NCBI GenBank assembly: GCA_900019385.1
Contig: FIZJ01000007.1
Coordinates: 2,796 to 66,795 of the forward strand
Length of the DNA stretch: 64,000 nt
Direction: 5' to 3'
Source of the DNA: an uncultured Clostridia bacterium
GTDB lineage: Bacteria > Bacillota > Limnochordia > Darwinibacteriales > DTU012
Under the pieces are notes generated by a model. It saw only the letters and a program-made list of their open reading frames with translations. It made no database searches and had not been told where the DNA came from. The translations under genes were made by a program, and so were the position numbers. Shown in pieces: positions 8,463 through 17,211 of the stretch (positions are counted from its first letter, which is position 1; each line of letters starts with the position of its first letter).

Positions 8463-9767
8463 ATGGGTTTCAAGCTTCGAGTTGGATTACTGGCAGTATT
8501 ATTGATATTGACATGTTCGCAGTTGGCAGGTGCGCAGTACAGCATTCCTCTCACTTCGCAGCGGGCATTCGAGGTTGCGGACAATATCATCGCCTGGCAG
8601 ACCGAGGCTGGTGGGTGGACCAAGAATACTGACTTCTCAAAGGTCATATACCAGCCGGGCATGTCCAGAGGAGAGCGGGCCATAAACGGCCAGGAAGCCG
8701 GGTGCTTCGACAACAATGCCAGCATCAACGAAATGAAGTTTCTAGCCATGATGTACGCACGGCACGGAATCGAGAAGTATCGGGACGCCGTCATCAAAGG
8801 CATCGACTGGATGCTGGACGCCCAGTACCCAAGCGGTGGCTGGCCGCAGTATTATCCGCTCATCGGCGGTTACCATGACAACGTGACCTTCAATGACGGC
8901 GCCATGATGAATGTGCTCAATTATATACAGGAGATCCTGAGGTACCGCGGGCTGTACGAGTTCTTGGGCGAAGAGCGCTTTGCCCGCCTGGAAGCCGCTT
9001 TGGAAAAAGGCATCGACTATATTCTCAAATCCCAGATCCGAGTCAACGGTTACCTCACAGCCTGGTGCCAGCAGCATGATCCAGTTACGTACGAACCGAA
9101 AATGGGGCGGAGCTATGAGCATCCGTCCATCGTCTCGGCGGAATCGGTCCCGATTGTGGAATTTTTGATGGCTCTGCCCGATCCGTCGGAAGAAGTGCGC
9201 CGGGCGATTGTGGGCGCGGTGGAGTGGTTTGAAATTTCCCAGCTGCCGAACGGCCAGTGGGCACGCTTTTACGATATTCAGTCCAATGTCCCGATCTTTT
9301 CGGGGCGGGACGGGATTATCCGCTATGACGTGAAAGACATCGAACTGGAGCGGCAGCAGGGTTACAGCTGGTTCAACGGCAGCGGCGGCAATCTATTGTC
9401 CAAGGCCCGGCGTGATGGGTACATTGACACGCTGCGGCAAAGCCTGCCCGATTACAAACCCCTCACCATCGATGTCTTCGCTGATCCGGCCGTTCCCAGG
9501 GTCATAAGCCCCAAGATCTGGCCCACTCAGACTGTAAGCGGCGTTCTCGCCGTCGAGGTCGAGATCTCCATGCGCAATCCGGAAAACCTGCGGGAAGTGG
9601 CCATCAAGATCAACAATCAAGAAATCTACCGCGGCAGCGATCTCCACATCCAGGTGCCGGTCGACACCACCGCGTTCCGCAATGGAACTTGCACCATCGC
9701 TGTAGAGACCACGACCACACTCGGGACATCCCTGTCCCACTACGTCAATTTCATTGTGGCAAATTAA
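8463..9767 (+). CDS. Secreted pectate lyase, PL10 family (PelA/Pel-15E type), with an extra C-terminal beta domain
   Basis: 434-aa ORF with a signal peptide (MGFKLRVGLLAVLLILTCSQLAGAQ). Motifs AWQTEAGGWTKN and YPSGGWPQYY are typical of (alpha/alpha)3-barrel PL10 lyases. Confidence 0.7.
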   Translation: MGFKLRVGLLAVLLILTCSQLAGAQYSIPLTSQRAFEVADNIIAWQTEAGGWTKNTDFSKVIYQPGMSRGERAINGQEAGCFDNNASINEMKFLAMMYARHGIEKYRDAVIKGIDWMLDAQYPSGGWPQYYPLIGGYHDNVTFNDGAMMNVLNYIQEILRYRGLYEFLGEERFARLEAALEKGIDYILKSQIRVNGYLTAWCQQHDPVTYEPKMGRSYEHPSIVSAESVPIVEFLMALPDPSEEVRRAIVGAVEWFEISQLPNGQWARFYDIQSNVPIFSGRDGIIRYDVKDIELERQQGYSWFNGSGGNLLSKARRDGYIDTLRQSLPDYKPLTIDVFADPAVPRVISPKIWPTQTVSGVLAVEVEISMRNPENLREVAIKINNQEIYRGSDLHIQVPVDTTAFRNGTCTIAVETTTTLGTSLSHYVNFIVAN

Positions 9768-9780
9768 AACCAGACAACAA

Positions 9781-9825
9781 GGCCAACTTCAAGCCCTGTG
9801 GACTTGCAAGTTGGCCTTTCTTTTT
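9781..9825. terminator. Bidirectional rho-independent terminator between the convergent PL10 and URO-D genes
   Basis: GGCCAACTT-gap-AAGTTGGCC hairpin followed by TTTCTTTTT. It overlaps the stop codon of the minus-strand gene. Confidence 0.6.
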
Positions 9826-10909
9826 ACACCGGCTCTTTCACGGCTTCAAACAGCGCCTCGATATTCGCCGGATCCACATCGGGAAGAATCGCTTCATGGC
9901 TCGGCGAGATAATCAGGCCAGTGGGGAAGATGCGTTTCAACTCCTGCACCTTGTCTTTGACCTGCTTAGGGGTGCCGTTGATCAAGAGCCACTGGGCGTC
10001 CACACCGCCGCAGAAAGAGACTTTGTCGCCGAAATCCCGCTTCAATCTCTCCGGTTCCATGTCTTTGGCCAAGGCCTGAATAGGATGGATGACATCGACG
10101 CCTGCGGCAATCAGATCGGGAATGACGGGATAGATTGATCCACAGGAATGATAAATAACCTTCAACCCGTAACTCTTGGCCTGTTCAATGAATTTCCTGG
10201 TACCCGGCATGACAAATTCCCGTATCGCATCCGGAGAGACCATCAATCCCCGCTGGCTGCCGAAGTCATTGCCGATCAGAATGGCGTCCAGCTTGCCTTT
10301 GGTGGCGCTGTAGAAGATCTCGTTGGCTTCAAGGTAGAACTGGGTGATGCGGTCGATTACAGCCCGGAACATTTCCGGCTCGGTCAGCATCTTCACCAGA
10401 GCGGTTTCCATGCCGAAGGCCGAACAGGCGTCTTGAAAGTGCGCCGACCACAAAACGCCCATGATTGGGTGGCCTGGCGGCGCGGCCTCCACCGCTCGGC
10501 GGCATCGGTCCGGATCAATATGTTTCGCCGGATCGGGCCAGTCGAAGTCATCAACGCGGCTGGGATCGGAATAGTCTTCAAAGAAGCCGGGCGCAGTCAG
10601 AGTCCTTTGATCGGGTGTGTTAGCCTTTTTGGCAAACTGAAGGGCGGTGTAAATCGCCTTGCTGTCGGGGGCGTCATAGGGGATCTCCACCGGATAGATG
10701 TCGTCCCCGATCTTTAGTTTCAGCTCGTCGATATCGCCGACGTCGAAATAGGCAAAGAGCCGTTCGCAGGCTTCCGGCACAGGCAGGCCAAGCCAAGACG
10801 CGGGCCTGTCCACCGGCCTTCTTTCCACTGTGGCGAAAAAACGTTCCTTAGGATCCATGGCATTCTTCCTTTCTCGCAGCAAATACCGGTCACTGAATTG
10901 ATTCACCAT
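9824..10909 (-). CDS. Uroporphyrinogen decarboxylase (URO-D)/MtaA-like family methyltransferase
   Basis: 361-aa ORF. N-terminal KERFFATVERRPVDRP and the HSCG motif (IYHSCGSIYPVIPDLIAAGVDVIHP) are characteristic of URO-D/MtaA/CmuA-family proteins. Confidence 0.72.
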   Translation of the reverse strand: MVNQFSDRYLLRERKNAMDPKERFFATVERRPVDRPASWLGLPVPEACERLFAYFDVGDIDELKLKIGDDIYPVEIPYDAPDSKAIYTALQFAKKANTPDQRTLTAPGFFEDYSDPSRVDDFDWPDPAKHIDPDRCRRAVEAAPPGHPIMGVLWSAHFQDACSAFGMETALVKMLTEPEMFRAVIDRITQFYLEANEIFYSATKGKLDAILIGNDFGSQRGLMVSPDAIREFVMPGTRKFIEQAKSYGLKVIYHSCGSIYPVIPDLIAAGVDVIHPIQALAKDMEPERLKRDFGDKVSFCGGVDAQWLLINGTPKQVKDKVQELKRIFPTGLIISPSHEAILPDVDPANIEALFEAVKEPV

Positions 10910-10955
10910 TTTTTAATAATCATTCGCTAAAATTAATCGATCCCCTTCAGCCGGG

Positions 10956-10984
10956 TTGAACTCCTCCGGTGGGCGTGCTATGCT
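10956..10984 (+). promoter_or_regulatory. Candidate sigma-A promoter for the FGE-BNR gene
   Basis: TTGAAC, 17-nt spacer, TATGCT; located about 30 nt upstream of the ribosome-binding site. Confidence 0.3.
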
Positions 10985-11015
10985 TTGAGTAAACCACTGG
11001 AAAGCGGGTGGATGA

Positions 11016-13226
11016 ATGATGATCGAGATGGTAAAAGTGGAAGCTGGTTCCTTTAAAATGGGCGGAGGCGATCTGAAAGACAGGCCCGACGCGCTCCCGG
11101 TGCATACGGTCACCATCACCAGGGATTTCTGGATCGCCAGGGAACCGATCAAATACGAACTCTTCGCCAGGTTTTGCCGCGAAGAGCTGGGAACTGAACC
11201 CGACGCCGAAAACTTATTGGGATATGTGGTCGGGATCAGCTGGCACGACGCAGACCGGTTCTGCGCCTGGCTCAGCGCCAAGACAGGACTGCCTTACCGC
11301 CTGCCTACCGAGGCGGAATGGGAGTACTGCGCCAGAAACAGCCGGCGCTTCGGGATTGACCGGATGTGTGACATGAATATCAGAGAATGGTGTTTTGACT
11401 GGTATGACGCATATAGTCCCGAAGAGCAGGCCGATCCGGCAGGTCCTGATTCAGGCATGTTCAAGGTTGTCCGGGGCGGCTTCCTGGACAACCCGGCCAA
11501 GTTCAACGCCTACTATTTGGATGTCTGGGCCAGGGGGTCGCTGCCGCCGCATTACCGGCATTTCCCGGGAGACCCCAACGATTTCGGCCGGCACAATGTG
11601 GGCTTTAGGGTTGTGCAGGCAGAGCCGGTGCAGACCAACGGGAAAAACGTTGTCATACCCCTGTCCCTCCATGTCCGGCAGCACCGTCCCCGGACTGAGA
11701 TCACTACCGAAAAGCCCTACTTTAGAAAGCGCCGTTTGTTTCCAATCCCGCCGGATACGGCCAGTCCCGAGGCTGTCAGGGCTTTTGGGCTAAATCCGCT
11801 TCTGCGCCACCACAACCATTCACCTGGGTTCGATGTGGCGCCGAATGGCGATTTGATTGTCTCAATCTATTCGTCCTACCACGAGTATGATCCGGAAGTG
11901 GGGCTGATGGGCGCAAGGCTGCGATATGGCGCCGATGAGTGGGAAATGCCGGATATCTGGCTGAACGCTGTGGGGGTCAACGACCACGCCCCTTTGCTTT
12001 TTACCGACCGCGACGGCACAATCTATCATTTCTGGGGATGGCCCCAATTAGACAATGCCTTTCCGTTTCAGTTCGTCTACTCCAAAGACAGCGGTGCCAC
12101 CTGGAGCCCGGTCCAGTTCCCGAAGTTCGCGGATCGGGCGGAGAAAGTGGCCAGCCAGCCTATCAATACGGTGGTCCATGCCGAAGACGGCTGGTACTAT
12201 GTGCCCTGCGATGTCCAGGGCGAGTCTGCCTCGATTTTGTGGCGCTCCATAGATTTGATCAACTGGGAGGTGCCGCGGGGCAAGACTGCGGGAAGGCACA
12301 GCGCTGTGGTGGAGCTCAAGGACGGCCGGCTGCTGGCGATAGGCGGCAAAAACACCAGCATCTACGGATACATGCCGCAGGCCATCTCCACCGATAAAGG
12401 CGACAGTTGGACAGTGAGCAAGACGCCGTTTCCGGCCATGAGCTCAGGCCAGCGCCCCTGTGTGATCCGGCTGCAGAGCGGAAGACTACTTTACTGCGGT
12501 GATTTTCAGAATAAGCAGGGTAACAGGCCGCCGGGCGCCGCCGAGGATCAATGGGGTTCGTTCGTCGCCTACTCGGAAGATGAAGGCGCGACCTGGAAGA
12601 TCAAAAAGCTGTGGGGCACTCAGCACAAGAAACAGGATCCGGCTCAATTGGGCGGAGCCCATACGCTGGGCTACAGCGTATGCCGGCAGTCGCCGGACGG
12701 GCTGATCCATGTCATCACCTCCAACAACCGGCCCTGCCTGCATCTTTGCTTCAACGAAGCGTGGCTCCTGGCCGACACCGACGGCATATGCCCGAGTGAC
12801 GAGGAACTGATGCGCGAGGACACGGTGGAAATCTCCAATGTCACAACTTATCAGGAGCGCTACGCCGACGGCGGCGTCAAATGTGTCTATTCCGGCGGCA
12901 CTGCTCCCGACGGGCGCTTCCTGCTCCACGGAGAAGAAAAATGGTATTATCCGTCGGGTGAATTGATGACTGAGGCGCGGTACCAGTTCGGCAGGCGCGT
13001 AGGCGCTTACACCCACTACAGCCCGGAAGGCCGCAAGATTTGGGAGTGGGAATACCTGGATGATCATGTTTCCCTCTACAAAACTTACTACACAAATGGC
13101 GGGCTCAGGACGGTAGGGCGTTACCGAAACCGAATCGCCGAAGGGTGGGCGGAACGATATGAGCCCGATGGGAAGCTGGCGGCCCGGGCTCTGTTTGAAA
13201 ACGGGGAGATCGTCAAGGTTGAATAG
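11016..13226 (+). CDS. Multidomain protein: FGE-sulfatase (SUMF1-type) domain + BNR/sialidase-like beta-propeller + MORN-like repeats
   Basis: 736-aa ORF. N-terminal ~200 aa carry formylglycine-generating-enzyme-family motifs (WCFDWY, RVVRGGFL, NVGFRVV). The middle has Asp-box/BNR repeats (SKDSGATW, SEDEGATW). The C-terminus has YwqK/MORN-type repeats. No signal peptide. Confidence 0.6.
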   Translation: MMIEMVKVEAGSFKMGGGDLKDRPDALPVHTVTITRDFWIAREPIKYELFARFCREELGTEPDAENLLGYVVGISWHDADRFCAWLSAKTGLPYRLPTEAEWEYCARNSRRFGIDRMCDMNIREWCFDWYDAYSPEEQADPAGPDSGMFKVVRGGFLDNPAKFNAYYLDVWARGSLPPHYRHFPGDPNDFGRHNVGFRVVQAEPVQTNGKNVVIPLSLHVRQHRPRTEITTEKPYFRKRRLFPIPPDTASPEAVRAFGLNPLLRHHNHSPGFDVAPNGDLIVSIYSSYHEYDPEVGLMGARLRYGADEWEMPDIWLNAVGVNDHAPLLFTDRDGTIYHFWGWPQLDNAFPFQFVYSKDSGATWSPVQFPKFADRAEKVASQPINTVVHAEDGWYYVPCDVQGESASILWRSIDLINWEVPRGKTAGRHSAVVELKDGRLLAIGGKNTSIYGYMPQAISTDKGDSWTVSKTPFPAMSSGQRPCVIRLQSGRLLYCGDFQNKQGNRPPGAAEDQWGSFVAYSEDEGATWKIKKLWGTQHKKQDPAQLGGAHTLGYSVCRQSPDGLIHVITSNNRPCLHLCFNEAWLLADTDGICPSDEELMREDTVEISNVTTYQERYADGGVKCVYSGGTAPDGRFLLHGEEKWYYPSGELMTEARYQFGRRVGAYTHYSPEGRKIWEWEYLDDHVSLYKTYYTNGGLRTVGRYRNRIAEGWAERYEPDGKLAARALFENGEIVKVE

Positions 13227-13265
13227 GATGAGGCCTTCGGTTTCCTATAAAATTTAGTTAACATA

Positions 13266-13294
13266 TTGACGAAAATTTAGCTAAACAGTAAACT
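13266..13294 (+). promoter_or_regulatory. Candidate promoter of the 13351→33971 operon, with embedded palindromic motifs
   Basis: TTGACG, 17 nt, TAAACT. The spacer contains the perfect palindrome TTTAGCTAAA. An upstream direct-repeat copy AAAATTTAGTTAAC lies at 13249-13262. Confidence 0.4.
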
Positions 13295-13350
13295 AAAGAT
13301 AGAGGCGCTCCTGATCAATACAAGATTATAGATTAGTTTGGAGGAATAGC

Positions 13351-14751
13351 ATGAAAAATGGTGTGATATTCGGCAACAGAAGCTTCTTTGCGGATGAGCT
13401 GTGTCTGGACGGGAGGAGGCGGCTGCTTGGAGTGCTGCAAGAGGCGGGTGTCACTCCTGTAATCCTGCCGGAAGACGTGGGAGCCTACGGGAGTGTGCAA
13501 AACCGGGAACAGGCCTTGAAGTGCGCCGCTTTGTTCAAGGAACACGATGATCTTAAGGGAGTGATCATATCCCTGCCCAACTTCGGCGATGAGAAATCCA
13601 TCGTCACCGTCCTTCGGGAAGCGAAAATCGATGTGCCGATTTTGGTCCATGCCTTCAACGACCACCTCGACAGACTCAACTATGAAAACCGCCGCGACAG
13701 TTTCTGCGGCAAAATCTCTGTCTGCAACAATCTGCGCCAATATGGGTTCAAGTTTACCCTGACCACCCTGCATACAGTAGATCCGGAAAGCCCTGTTTTC
13801 AAGCAGGACCTGCAGCGTTTTCTAGCTGTCTGCCGTGTTGTGGGCACGCTTAAGGGCGCTCGGATCGGGCTGGTGGGTGTAAGGCCCGCGGATTTCAACA
13901 CCGTCCGCTTCAGCGAAAAGATCCTGGAACACCACGGCATTTCTGTGGAACCAATCGGCCTGATTGATGTGATCGGCAAGATCGATGAGCTTGGCGACGC
14001 CGAAGCCCAACCGGCTGTGGAAGAAATCAAGGGTTACATGTCCACCGACAGTGTGCCGGAGGATGCCCTGGCGAAGATGGCCAAGCTTTTGGTTGTGCTG
14101 CGGGAGTGGGTCAGGGGCAATGATCTGCACGCAGTGGCCATCCAGTGCTGGGATTCGCTCCAGCGCTATCTGGGGATCAACTCCTGCGCTGTCATGAGCA
14201 TGCTTTCCCAAGCCGGTGTTCCGGCCGCTTGCGAAAGCGACGTCGCCGGCGCCGTCAGCATGCTGGCGCTGCAGGCGGCAAGCGGTATGCCCAGCGCTCT
14301 TGTCGACTGGAACAACAACTATGCCGATGATCCTGACCGTTTCGTCCTGTTCCACTGCGGCAACTTCGCCAAGGAGTTCTACGATTGCGCTTCCTGCCGG
14401 CCGGTGATCGATTACCCGCCGATTCTGGCCTCGACCCTGGGGCAGGAAAACACCTACGGTGCCATCGACGGCAGAATGAAGCCCGGCAAGGCAACCTTCG
14501 CCAGGATCACCACCGATGATCTCACTGGCACGATCCGGGCCTACTGTGCAGAAGGGCAGGTCACCGATGATTCTCTGGCCACTTTTGGTTCTTGGGGCGT
14601 GGTCAAGGTCCCGGGGCTGCAGAAACTGATGCGCTATATCTGTGAAAATGGGTTTGAACACCATGTGGCGATGAGTTTGGCCAGTGTGGCCGATGTCTTG
14701 GCGGAGGCATTGGGCAAGTACCTCGGCTGGGATGTCTATCATCACGCTTAG
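13351..14751 (+). CDS. L-fucose/L-arabinose isomerase-family sugar isomerase (FucI-like, about 470 aa type)
   Basis: 466-aa ORF with a GGAGG ribosome-binding site. It resembles the short FucI-like isomerase family. Its substrate cannot be assigned from sequence. Confidence 0.5.
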   Translation: MKNGVIFGNRSFFADELCLDGRRRLLGVLQEAGVTPVILPEDVGAYGSVQNREQALKCAALFKEHDDLKGVIISLPNFGDEKSIVTVLREAKIDVPILVHAFNDHLDRLNYENRRDSFCGKISVCNNLRQYGFKFTLTTLHTVDPESPVFKQDLQRFLAVCRVVGTLKGARIGLVGVRPADFNTVRFSEKILEHHGISVEPIGLIDVIGKIDELGDAEAQPAVEEIKGYMSTDSVPEDALAKMAKLLVVLREWVRGNDLHAVAIQCWDSLQRYLGINSCAVMSMLSQAGVPAACESDVAGAVSMLALQAASGMPSALVDWNNNYADDPDRFVLFHCGNFAKEFYDCASCRPVIDYPPILASTLGQENTYGAIDGRMKPGKATFARITTDDLTGTIRAYCAEGQVTDDSLATFGSWGVVKVPGLQKLMRYICENGFEHHVAMSLASVADVLAEALGKYLGWDVYHHA

Positions 14752-14765
14752 GCGGAGGGATTGGT

Positions 14766-15428
14766 GTGAAGAAACTGGTGGCGGTTTACACAGGGCAGGG
14801 GCTGGCGGAGCCTTTGGCGCGGTTGATCCAGGCTGAGCTGCCCAATGTCCAACTGGTGAATATTATCGATGACGGGCTGATTCATGATGTGATCAAAGCC
14901 AGTGGTGTGACCAAGCCCATCGCCAGGCGGCTGGTCAAGTACTATCAAATCGCGGCGGAGATCGGCGCCGATCTGATCTTAAACACTTGTTCGTCAGTGG
15001 GCGAAGTGGTTGAACTCGGCAGACAAATTGTGGATGTCCCGATTGTAAGAATTGATGAACCTATGGCCAGAGAGGCGGCGGCCAACTATCAAAGGATCGG
15101 AGTCATCGCCACTCTGCCGACGACACTAAGGCCTACAGCCAGGCTGGTCCAAGCTCAGGCTCACGCCATGGGCAGGGAAGTCACGATTGTGGACGGCCTT
15201 GCGGATGGGGCGTACCAGGCCTTGATCAGCGGCCGAGCAGAGGAGCATGACAAGCGGATCATGGATGTGGGGCGCAGCCTGGCCCAGAAAGTGGATTGCA
15301 TTGTCCTGGCCCAGGCTTCGATGATGAGGATGCAGCAAACCCTGGTAGAAGCGGCACAGCTTCCGGTCCTGTCAAGCCCGCCGTTGTGTGCGGCCTATCT
15401 TAAATCGCTGCTGGAGCGTGGCGGTTGA
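14766..15428 (+). CDS. Asp/Glu/hydantoin racemase-family protein (possible sugar epimerase/isomerase)
   Basis: 220-aa ORF with GTG start and a GGAGGGA ribosome-binding site. It has a two-Cys architecture (NTCSSVG…) like PF01177-type racemases. Confidence 0.45.
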   Translation: MKKLVAVYTGQGLAEPLARLIQAELPNVQLVNIIDDGLIHDVIKASGVTKPIARRLVKYYQIAAEIGADLILNTCSSVGEVVELGRQIVDVPIVRIDEPMAREAAANYQRIGVIATLPTTLRPTARLVQAQAHAMGREVTIVDGLADGAYQALISGRAEEHDKRIMDVGRSLAQKVDCIVLAQASMMRMQQTLVEAAQLPVLSSPPLCAAYLKSLLERGG

Positions 15429-16255
15429 TGCTGAGCCAAACTGTGAAAGAACTGGAGAAAACCGCGCGGCAGATCCGGCGCGACATTATCACCATGATTT
15501 ACCAGGCGGGGGATGGTCATCCCGGCCCGAGCTTGTCGTGCGCGGATCTGGTCACTGCGCTCTACTTCGCTGTCATGAATGTCGAACCGGCGGATCCGCA
15601 CTGGCCTCGGCGGGATCGCCTGATTCTCTCCAAAGGCCATGCATGTCCCGCGGTCTATGCCGCCTTGGCCAGAAAAGGCTACTTCGATGCCGCCGAGCTG
15701 CCCAGGCTGCGCAGTTTAGGCAGCATCCTCCAGGGACACCCTGATATGCTTAAGACGCCCGGGATTGATTTTAGCTCCGGCTCGCTGGGCAACGGGATCA
15801 GCGCCGGGCTGGGTATGGCTTTGGCCGCCAGAATCAGCGGGCTCGATTACCATACTTATGTTATTTGCGGTGACGGCGAGCTGCAGGAAGGTATAGTCTG
15901 GGAAGCGGCCATGGCTGCCAAACGCTATCAGGTTGGTAATTTAACCGTTCTGGTAGACTACAACGGTGTCCAAAGCGGGGGCCGGATCGAAGAGATCAGC
16001 GGTTTGGAGCCGCTTGTCCCCAAATGGGAAGCGTTCGGGTGGCACTGCCAGGAGATCGATGGCCATGACTTCACCGAGATCCTCACTGCCATTGCAGAGG
16101 CCAAAGCAGTGCCTGACAGGCCGTCGGTGATTGCGGCCCGCACCGTCAAAGGCAAAGGTGTCTCATTTATTGAAAACAACAATGCCTGGCACAAACGAGT
16201 GCCCACCAGAGAGGAATGGGAGCAGGCCATGAAAGAGTTGGGAGCTGAAGATTGA
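15428..16255 (+). CDS. Transketolase, N-terminal (TPP-binding) subunit of a split transketolase, copy 1
   Basis: GDGHPGPSLSCADL and SKGHACPAVYA motifs. The ATG overlaps the upstream stop (TGATG). Confidence 0.85.
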   Translation: MLSQTVKELEKTARQIRRDIITMIYQAGDGHPGPSLSCADLVTALYFAVMNVEPADPHWPRRDRLILSKGHACPAVYAALARKGYFDAAELPRLRSLGSILQGHPDMLKTPGIDFSSGSLGNGISAGLGMALAARISGLDYHTYVICGDGELQEGIVWEAAMAAKRYQVGNLTVLVDYNGVQSGGRIEEISGLEPLVPKWEAFGWHCQEIDGHDFTEILTAIAEAKAVPDRPSVIAARTVKGKGVSFIENNNAWHKRVPTREEWEQAMKELGAED

Positions 16256-17211
16256 TGCAGTACTCAAGCACCAGAGAGGCTTTTATCAACAGCCTGACTG
16301 AGCTCGCAGGCCGGAACCGGAAGATCGTCCTGGTCTGCGCCGATTCGGCGAAAGTGATCCGGGCCGATGGTTTTGCCGACCGGTTTCCCGAACGGTTCAT
16401 CGATGTAGGCATCGCAGAGCAGAATGCTGTGGCCTGCGCCTCCGGAATGGCGTCTTGCGGCCTTGTTCCTTTTGTCGCCACATATGCCGGGTTCATCACG
16501 ATGCGGGCCTGCGAACAAGTGCGGACTTTTGCGGCATATCCCAACCTCAACGTGAAGATGGTGGGGGCAAACGGCGGAATCGGCGCTGGAGAGCGTGAAG
16601 GTGTCACCCACCAGTTTTTCGAGGACTTGGGGATTCTCCGGACCATCCCCGGCGTCACCATCGTTGTTCCAGCCGATGCTTCCCAGGTGGGAAAAGCGGT
16701 GGAGGTGATCGCCGATATCCCGGGCCCAGCCTACATCCGAATCGGCAGCGGCCGCGATCCAGTCGTGTTTGACGAGGATCTCCCGTTTGAACTGGGTAAA
16801 ATCCGTATTCTTAAGGCGTACGGCGAGGATGTAGCCGTTTTTGTCAACGGGCACGCCATCCCCCGGGCCCTGGCGGCGGCAGAAGGCCTTAAGGCGCTTG
16901 GGATCAAGGCCATGGTGGTGGAAGTCCACACCCTCAAGCCTTTGGATTCGGAAGCCATCGCCGATGTGCTCAAGCTAACGGGAGCGGCAGTCACAGTCGA
17001 GGATCACAACATCATCGGCGGGCTGGGAAGCGCCGTTGCAGAGGTGATCGCCGAGCGCGCTCCGGTTCCCTTGTCCCGGATCGGGATAGAGGATCGGTTC
17101 CCCGAGTCCGGTGATGCGGAACAGCTCATGGACGCGTACGGATTAAGTGTTGATGATATTATGGATGCGTGCAGGCGCGCAGTGGGCAGAAAAGAAAGGA
17201 GATCATCATGA
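16255..17211 (+). CDS. Transketolase, C-terminal (pyrimidine-binding) subunit, copy 1
   Basis: Recognisable Pyr-binding and C-terminal transketolase domain sequence (…FIDVGIAEQNAV…). The start overlaps the upstream stop. Confidence 0.85.
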   Translation: MQYSSTREAFINSLTELAGRNRKIVLVCADSAKVIRADGFADRFPERFIDVGIAEQNAVACASGMASCGLVPFVATYAGFITMRACEQVRTFAAYPNLNVKMVGANGGIGAGEREGVTHQFFEDLGILRTIPGVTIVVPADASQVGKAVEVIADIPGPAYIRIGSGRDPVVFDEDLPFELGKIRILKAYGEDVAVFVNGHAIPRALAAAEGLKALGIKAMVVEVHTLKPLDSEAIADVLKLTGAAVTVEDHNIIGGLGSAVAEVIAERAPVPLSRIGIEDRFPESGDAEQLMDAYGLSVDDIMDACRRAVGRKERRSS

